64,000 nt of DNA from an uncultured Gemmatimonadales bacterium (lineage in GTDB: Bacteria > Gemmatimonadota > Gemmatimonadetes > Gemmatimonadales > GWC2-71-9): positions 64,001 to 128,000 of the forward strand of contig CAWHFW010000005.1 of the NCBI GenBank assembly GCA_963828735.1. Direction: 5' to 3'. The position numbers and the translations under genes were made by a program. Under the pieces are notes generated by a model. The model saw nothing but the letters and a program-made list of their open reading frames with translations, was not told where the DNA came from and searched no databases. This document shows, in pieces, positions 55,934 to 64,000 of the stretch (its first letter is position 1; the number at the start of each line of letters is the position of its first letter).

Positions 55934-57472
55934 TCAGTCCCCTCGGAGCGCCGCCGCGAACTCCGCGCCGGTCGCGAAGCGCTCCTCCGGACGCTTGGCG
56001 AGCGCCCTCAGTACGGCCCGCTCGGTCTCGGCCGGAACACCGGGACAGATGGTCCGAAGGGAAGGAACCACGTCCGACAACTGACGGGCCAACACGGCCG
56101 CCTTGGTCGCTCCGGTGAACGGCGGCTCGCCGCCAAGCAGCTCATACAGCACGCAGCCCAGGCTGTAGATGTCGCTCCGGCCGTCCAGGTGGCGATCGCC
56201 TCGGGCCTGCTCGGGGCTGAGGTAGCCCGCGACACCCAGCACGATCCCCGACGCGGACAACCGCTCGCCGCCGGCCATCTCCAGCACTCCCGCGATCCCG
56301 AAGTCGGCGACCAGCGCCTGTCCCCCCTCCAGCAGGATGTTCTCTGGCCGGATGTCCCGATGTACCACCCCTTGTGTGTGGGCGTACGCCAGGGCCTCGG
56401 CCACATCGCGCACGATGCCGACCGCCTCTGCGATCGGCAGCTGAACATCGCGTTGGAGCCGCTGCCGGAGCGATTCGCCCCGCACGTATGGCATGACGTA
56501 GTAGAGACCGGCGGCTCCCGCCTCCCCCGTCAGCACGCCGGAGTCGTACAGCTGGAGAATGTGCGGGTGATAGAGGCGGGCGAGGATCGCGATCTCGCGC
56601 CGGAACCGGCGGGCGTCCGTCGCCGTCGCGAGCTCGGGCCTGAGAAGCTTGAGCGCCACGGACCGCTCGAAGCGCCGGTCGCGAGCCAGATAGACGGTGG
56701 CCGTGGAGCCTCGGCCGAGCTCGCGCTCGATCACGTAGCGGGCCGGTTCGGGAGTCAGGTCGGACTCGGGGTCGCGCTGGCGCCGCAGCCGCTCGACCAG
56801 TGCCTCGAGGTCCGGCACGGCCTCGCCCGGGAGCTCGGTGCGCACTCGCGCGGTGTACTCCCGCGCGGCCCGGGATGCCCCGATCCAGTCTCCGGTCGCG
56901 GCCAGCGCACGGACGAGCTCGCCGGCCGCGCGCTGGTCGAGCGGCTGGGCCACCGCCAGCTGCCGGCGAATGTCGAGCTCGGCCGTCTGGTGCCCCTCCC
57001 CTCCCGCCTGGTCCGCCAGCGCCCGCAGCGCTCGCGCGTGCTCATCCGCGAGCCGCGCCCGCTCCTGCTCCGCCCAACGCTCGAACTCGGGCGCCCCGCT
57101 CAGGTAGAAGCCATCGAGAAAGGGGCCGTGATAGAGGGCCACCGCAGCGGCCAGGTCGCCCTCGGCGAGGCGTGCCGAGAACTCGGTCAGGTCCACGCTC
57201 AGGAGCTCGGGATCGAGTCGGAGCGGGTCCGCGCCGGCGACCAGTCCCGGCGAAAGCTGGCGACGGAGGGAATAGACCAGCTGCTCCAGCGCGTGGCGGG
57301 CGTTGTCGGCCGAGCTCTCCGGCCAGAGGCAGGCGATCAGCTTGTCCCGGCTGAGCCCACGCGTGCCCGCGGCCGCCAGGAGGGCCAGCAGCGCGAGCCG
57401 ACGGCGCTGCGGCGTCACGTGGCGACCGTCATCGGTGAGGGCGAGCCCTCCGAGCATCTCAAGCCTGAGCAT
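55934..57472 (-). CDS. SARP-type wHTH-BTAD regulator fused to a C-terminal Hanks-type Ser/Thr kinase domain
   Basis: LLALLA...SRDKL...LWPE...AR..L.Q..YSLR and LYHGPFLDG..FERW (BTAD); GRGS.ATVY, VALK, HRDIRPEN, DFG, YLSPEQ and SDIYSLG (kinase). Confidence 0.88.
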   Translation of the reverse strand: MLRLEMLGGLALTDDGRHVTPQRRRLALLALLAAAGTRGLSRDKLIACLWPESSADNARHALEQLVYSLRRQLSPGLVAGADPLRLDPELLSVDLTEFSARLAEGDLAAAVALYHGPFLDGFYLSGAPEFERWAEQERARLADEHARALRALADQAGGEGHQTAELDIRRQLAVAQPLDQRAAGELVRALAATGDWIGASRAAREYTARVRTELPGEAVPDLEALVERLRRQRDPESDLTPEPARYVIERELGRGSTATVYLARDRRFERSVALKLLRPELATATDARRFRREIAILARLYHPHILQLYDSGVLTGEAGAAGLYYVMPYVRGESLRQRLQRDVQLPIAEAVGIVRDVAEALAYAHTQGVVHRDIRPENILLEGGQALVADFGIAGVLEMAGGERLSASGIVLGVAGYLSPEQARGDRHLDGRSDIYSLGCVLYELLGGEPPFTGATKAAVLARQLSDVVPSLRTICPGVPAETERAVLRALAKRPEERFATGAEFAAALRGD

Positions 57473-57524
57473 GAGCCTCGAGTGAGCAGGACGTGAGGAG
57501 GCGCTGAGGGGTTCCTCTTAGTGT
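57471..57524 (+). promoter_or_regulatory. Four 11-bp-periodic NTGAGNN heptamers followed 8 bp later by a TAGTGT -10 box (SARP-type promoter)
   Basis: ATGAGCC 57471, GTGAGCA 57482, GTGAGGA 57493, CTGAGGG 57504; -10 at 57519-57524. Confidence 0.65.
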
Positions 57525-57608
57525 AGGCCGCACGATTCAAATAGGGCAAGCGTAGGCGGCGCGGATGGGGCCGACCAGACCGCTTCCCAGGTACCCAGGA
57601 GGCTCCAA

Positions 57609-58049
57609 ATGCGGCTACTCCCCCTGCTCTCGACCGTCGTCCTGCAGGTGGCGGTGTTCACCGCCTGCTCCGACACCACGGCACCGGACCCCCAGTCCCC
57701 CACAGCCCCAGATCCGGGGGTCCTCTTGCTCTCGGTCATCCCGAGCTCCGCCGTTGTCGACGGCGGCAAGCTCCTCAAGCTGACGGCAAAGCTTCATCAT
57801 AGCGACGGCACGTACTCGCAGCCCGCAGGCGTGACCTGGTCCTCGGGGGACGGAACCATCGCCACTGTCAACGGCGCGGGGCTCGTGCAAGCGTTGCGGG
57901 CCGGTAGCACCCAGATCGTCGCCAGCTACCAGCAGAGTCGCGCGTCGTCGGTGGTGACGGTGATGGACCCGGTGATCAAGAAGCCGTTGGGGTGCCTGGC
58001 TCCGCTCCGGTCGGCAAGCAGCCATCCTCACGACAGAGCCTGCGCCTGA
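57609..58049 (+). CDS. Lipoprotein with bacterial Ig-like (Big_2) domain
   Basis: Lipobox FTAC; VTWSS.D..IATV...GLV.A...G...I.A pattern; AGGAGG SD. Confidence 0.82.
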   Translation: MRLLPLLSTVVLQVAVFTACSDTTAPDPQSPTAPDPGVLLLSVIPSSAVVDGGKLLKLTAKLHHSDGTYSQPAGVTWSSGDGTIATVNGAGLVQALRAGSTQIVASYQQSRASSVVTVMDPVIKKPLGCLAPLRSASSHPHDRACA

Positions 58050-58099
58050 CGTCCATGGGAGCGCCGCGCAGCCTACGACACCTTCCCACTCGGAGGAGC

Positions 58100-58255
58100 A
58101 TGATGCGGACTCGAACGCAGCGCAGGGTGGCGAGGATCGGGCGACCGGTCCTCGCCTTGCTGTGCCTCCTAGCCGCGGGGGCGGCGCAGGCAACGGCCCA
58201 GGTCCCGAGCGGGGCCAGGGCCACGACCTCGGACACCGCCGGCTTCCTGGCCTGA
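58100..58255 (+). CDS. Short secreted peptide or truncated gene (51 aa, mostly signal peptide)
   Basis: GGAGGAG SD; basic n-region, hydrophobic core and AQATA-Q cleavage site. Confidence 0.5.
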   Translation: MMRTRTQRRVARIGRPVLALLCLLAAGAAQATAQVPSGARATTSDTAGFLA

Positions 58256-58335
58256 ATCAGGACATCATCAAGCTAGAGCTCCGTCGCGCCGGCGCCAATT
58301 GGGGAGCGCCTGGAGTCGCGCGGTGAGCCCCTAAG

Positions 58336-58791
58336 CTATTTCTTGACCACGAACACCTTCGCGTCCGCCGAGTCGTCCCCGAGGAACAAGATCACCTTGT
58401 ACGTCCCGGGCTTCAGCCCCTTGGCCTGCGACAACCGGAACACGGCGTTCTCGCCCGCGGGCGGAAGCGGCTCGGACGACTGCTGGAGAATCTCGCCGGT
58501 CTGAGACCTCCAGGCTGCCGTCAAATGGTCGGACCCGCCCGAGCCGGCGGTCGCCACGGAGACGTAGACTGTGTCCTGGGGGGTGAACTGGAAGGTTGGA
58601 TCGGTGACGTGGTTGCCCGCCCCGATCTTTCGTCCGATCATGACGTTCGACACTCGGAGCTGGCCGCCTACCTGCATCGCCGACTCGGTCGTGTCCGTGG
58701 CCCCGGCGCGGCCCTGCGCCTGCCTCGAGCCCTCCGAGCAACTGCACACCGCGACCAACACCGGGACGATCACCAGCGAAACGTGAGCCAT
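58336..58791 (-). CDS. Uncharacterised lipoprotein (beta-rich), paralog B
   Basis: Hydrophobic N-terminus with Cys; GGAGG SD; similar to 51928-52407. Confidence 0.78.
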   Translation of the reverse strand: MAHVSLVIVPVLVAVCSCSEGSRQAQGRAGATDTTESAMQVGGQLRVSNVMIGRKIGAGNHVTDPTFQFTPQDTVYVSVATAGSGGSDHLTAAWRSQTGEILQQSSEPLPPAGENAVFRLSQAKGLKPGTYKVILFLGDDSADAKVFVVKK

Positions 58792-58902
58792 GGAGACCTC
58801 CGTTCGCACAGAGACATCGCTGTGCCGAACACGATGCGGCCCCCCGCTGCATCTGTCAACGGAGGGCCGTCGGCCACACATGGCCTCAGGGGTGCCGTCG
58901 AG

Positions 58903-62075
<3,173 letters not shown>

Positions 62076-62079
<4 letters not shown>

Positions 62080-62654
62080 TCTGGGTCCAAATATAAGCGG
62101 TGCCGGACCATATACTCCGCGACGGCATCGGGCACCCAGTATCGGATCGGCTCCCCGGCCCGGGCACGGCGCCGGATGTCGGTGGCCGAGATGTCCACGG
62201 CCGGGACCTTCACGGCGGCGGCGATCAAGGGCGAGGACGGGATCGGCGTACCGGGGCGGGAGAACACGACGATCCGCGCCAGCGCCGGCAGGTCGTGCGC
62301 GCGGTGCCAGGCATCGAGCTCGGAGGCCGCGTCGGCACCGAGCAGCAGCGTGAAGGCCGCCTCGGGCTCGCGAGCGCGAAGGGCCTCCAGGGTGTCCACC
62401 GTGTACGAGGGGCCCTCACGCTCGAGCTCCGCGCGCTCGATCGCGAAGCCGGGGCTCCCCGCGAGGGCCAACTCGAGCATCACGGCGCGATGCGAGGCTG
62501 GCGCGGCGTGGCGCCCCTGCTTGAACGGCTGCTCTCGGGCCGGGAGGAAGCGCAGCTCGTCCAGGCCGAGGGACTCCGCCGCGACGCGGGCGACGATCAG
62601 GTGGCCATGATGAATGGGGTCGAACGATCCGCCGAGGAGGCCGATGGAGGGCAT
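62076..62654 (-). CDS. nadD: Nicotinate-nucleotide adenylyltransferase
   Basis: [28 protein letters not shown]; start at ATG 62654. Confidence 0.95.
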
Positions 62655-62677
62655 GCGCCGGCGGCCGGTCGGACCGC

Positions 62678-62777
62678 CGTCATCCCGAGCGAAGAGAGGG
62701 ATGCCGCCCACCCGTCCGGAACCATGCCGTCGGTCCAGGACGCGCGGCCAGGATCCCGCACTTCGCTCGGGATGGCA
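62678..62777. repeat. REP-like palindromic element, copy 3 (CGTC-tagged)
   Basis: CATCCCGAGCGAAG (62681-62694) pairs with CTTCGCTCGGGATG (62761-62774); begins CGTCATCCCG. Confidence 0.75.
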
Positions 62778-62798
62778 GGGATGATGACCCGAAGGCGT

Positions 62799-63584
62799 TC
62801 ACGAGGCCTCCGTTCCCTTGGGGCACGCCTTCCCCGCCCCGGGCGCGGCCGCATGGAACCGGCGGATGTACCCGCAGGTCTCCTCCACGTCCTCCTTGTA
62901 GCCGAGCGTGCGGTAGGCCTGGACCAGGTGAATCAGGGCGTCCGGGGCCACCGCGCTTCGCGGGTAGGTGGCGACCAGATCCTTGAGGTAGAGGATCGCG
63001 GAATCGAATGCCTTCAGCCGCATGTAGTACAGCGCGGCCTTGTACTCCTTGAACGCGAATCGCTCCTGCAGGTCGTCGATCCGCTGCTGGGCCCGCTTCG
63101 CCGCGCTGGTGGCCGGATAGCGGTTGAGCAGCTCCTGATACGTCGCGAGCGCGGTCTGGCCGTAGGACGGATCCAGCTCGGGGCGCCGCCAGAGATCCGC
63201 GTAGACGTCGCCGACCCGGAGCAGCGCCTCTGGCGCGATGGGGTCGTTGGGCGTGTCGTCCGACGCTTTGCGAAACTCGCGCGCCGCGTCGAGGTTGCTT
63301 CCCATGGCGAACTGCGCCTCGCCCTGCCACATGTGCGCCTGCGGCGCCCGGGGGTCACCCGGCGGGAACTCGAGGAGGGCGCGGTCGAGATATTTGGTCG
63401 CATCGCTCCACTTGCCGCGCCGGACGGCGTTCACGGCCAGCCCCCACAGCGAATCGATCGCGGCGGAGCTCGCGGTCTCTGACAGCCGCGTCGTCGGCGT
63501 CGGACTGGCTTTCGGCGCGGGCGTCGATCCCCCGCAGGCAGCGAGACCCACCAGAACTACCAGGCAGCAACTGCGTCGAATCAT
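62799..63584 (-). CDS. bamD: Outer membrane protein assembly factor BamD
   Basis: Lipobox LAAC; TPRs; L..YP.S; KEY..ALYY.R.KA..SA..Y. Confidence 0.88.
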   Translation of the reverse strand: MIRRSCCLVVLVGLAACGGSTPAPKASPTPTTRLSETASSAAIDSLWGLAVNAVRRGKWSDATKYLDRALLEFPPGDPRAPQAHMWQGEAQFAMGSNLDAAREFRKASDDTPNDPIAPEALLRVGDVYADLWRRPELDPSYGQTALATYQELLNRYPATSAAKRAQQRIDDLQERFAFKEYKAALYYMRLKAFDSAILYLKDLVATYPRSAVAPDALIHLVQAYRTLGYKEDVEETCGYIRRFHAAAPGAGKACPKGTEAS

Positions 63585-64000
63585 CGTTCTCCCGTGCCGA
63601 CGCTATCACGCGCCGGCGTTGGCATCCCCAGCTCCGTCAGGTGGTTTGCGGCCGCCTGACCCGTCGAATCGGACGCGCCGCCCGTGACCACGGTCTGAAA
63701 CGCGAGTGCGGCGGCCAGCGTGTCGCCCTGCTCCAGCCGGCCGTCGCCGTATCGCAGCAGCGCGCGGCGCCCGGTCGGCGTCGTGGAATCCACCCGAGCC
63801 GCTTCCGCGAACCAGAGCACCGCATCCGCGAGTCGACCCGCCGAGTCGGCGCGCTCGCCCAGGGTGTACGCGCAGTCGGCGGCGCCGTCCCTGGCGGGCG
63901 CGCGCGTGGCGCTATCCTGGCTCCGACGAAGCACGGCCCGGAACTCGAGCAGCGCCTGTCCACATCCCGCGGTGGCCTGGAGCGCGCGGCCGTACCGCGT
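63581..64000 (-). CDS. Partial TPR-like hypothetical protein (5' end outside the window)
   Basis: Open frame runs to the window edge; TPR-like helices; stop overlaps the bamD ATG. Confidence 0.65.
   Translation of the reverse strand, partial: TRYGRALQATAGCGQALLEFRAVLRRSQDSATRAPARDGAADCAYTLGERADSAGRLADAVLWFAEAARVDSTTPTGRRALLRYGDGRLEQGDTLAAALAFQTVVTGGASDSTGQAAANHLTELGMPTPARDSVGTGER

Overview
High-GC (~70%) bacterial chromosome segment, most likely Gemmatimonadota (inferred from gene order and the BTAD/Ser-Thr kinase regulator type). It is mostly minus-strand housekeeping genes: bamD-nadD-secA; radC-rel-EVE; uvrB-tsaE-tsaB-rimI-ssb; LysM; epimerase-tolQRAB-pal-cpoB-tatC/lptD; hutH; TPR-polyprenyl synthase-DUF4321-tatA; TPR-aroQ-pepP-(efp')-accB-pilT/U-accC-comB-ftsK; M28 peptidase; yraN; recA-recX-alaS-PHP phosphatase-gmhA. 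Two accessory blocks are present: a polyamine uptake/catabolism cluster and a SARP(BTAD)-kinase/Ig-lipoprotein module. The most notable observations are: (1) a single 1170-aa ORF fusing TatC to an LptD-like beta-barrel through an internal signal peptide; (2) a SARP-kinase fusion facing four 11-bp-periodic heptamers placed exactly 8 bp before a -10 box; (3) efp reduced to a 39-aa C-terminal remnant coupled to accB, with a PilT/PilU ATPase inserted between accB and accC; (4) an in-frame amber codon in an M28 peptidase and a frameshift that separates SSB from its DDDLPF tail; (5) candidate recA operators, three REP-like palindromes, sigma54 promoters and several leaderless-type genes. I saw no rRNA, tRNA, CRISPR array or transposase. 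All calls are by eye; no database searches were run.
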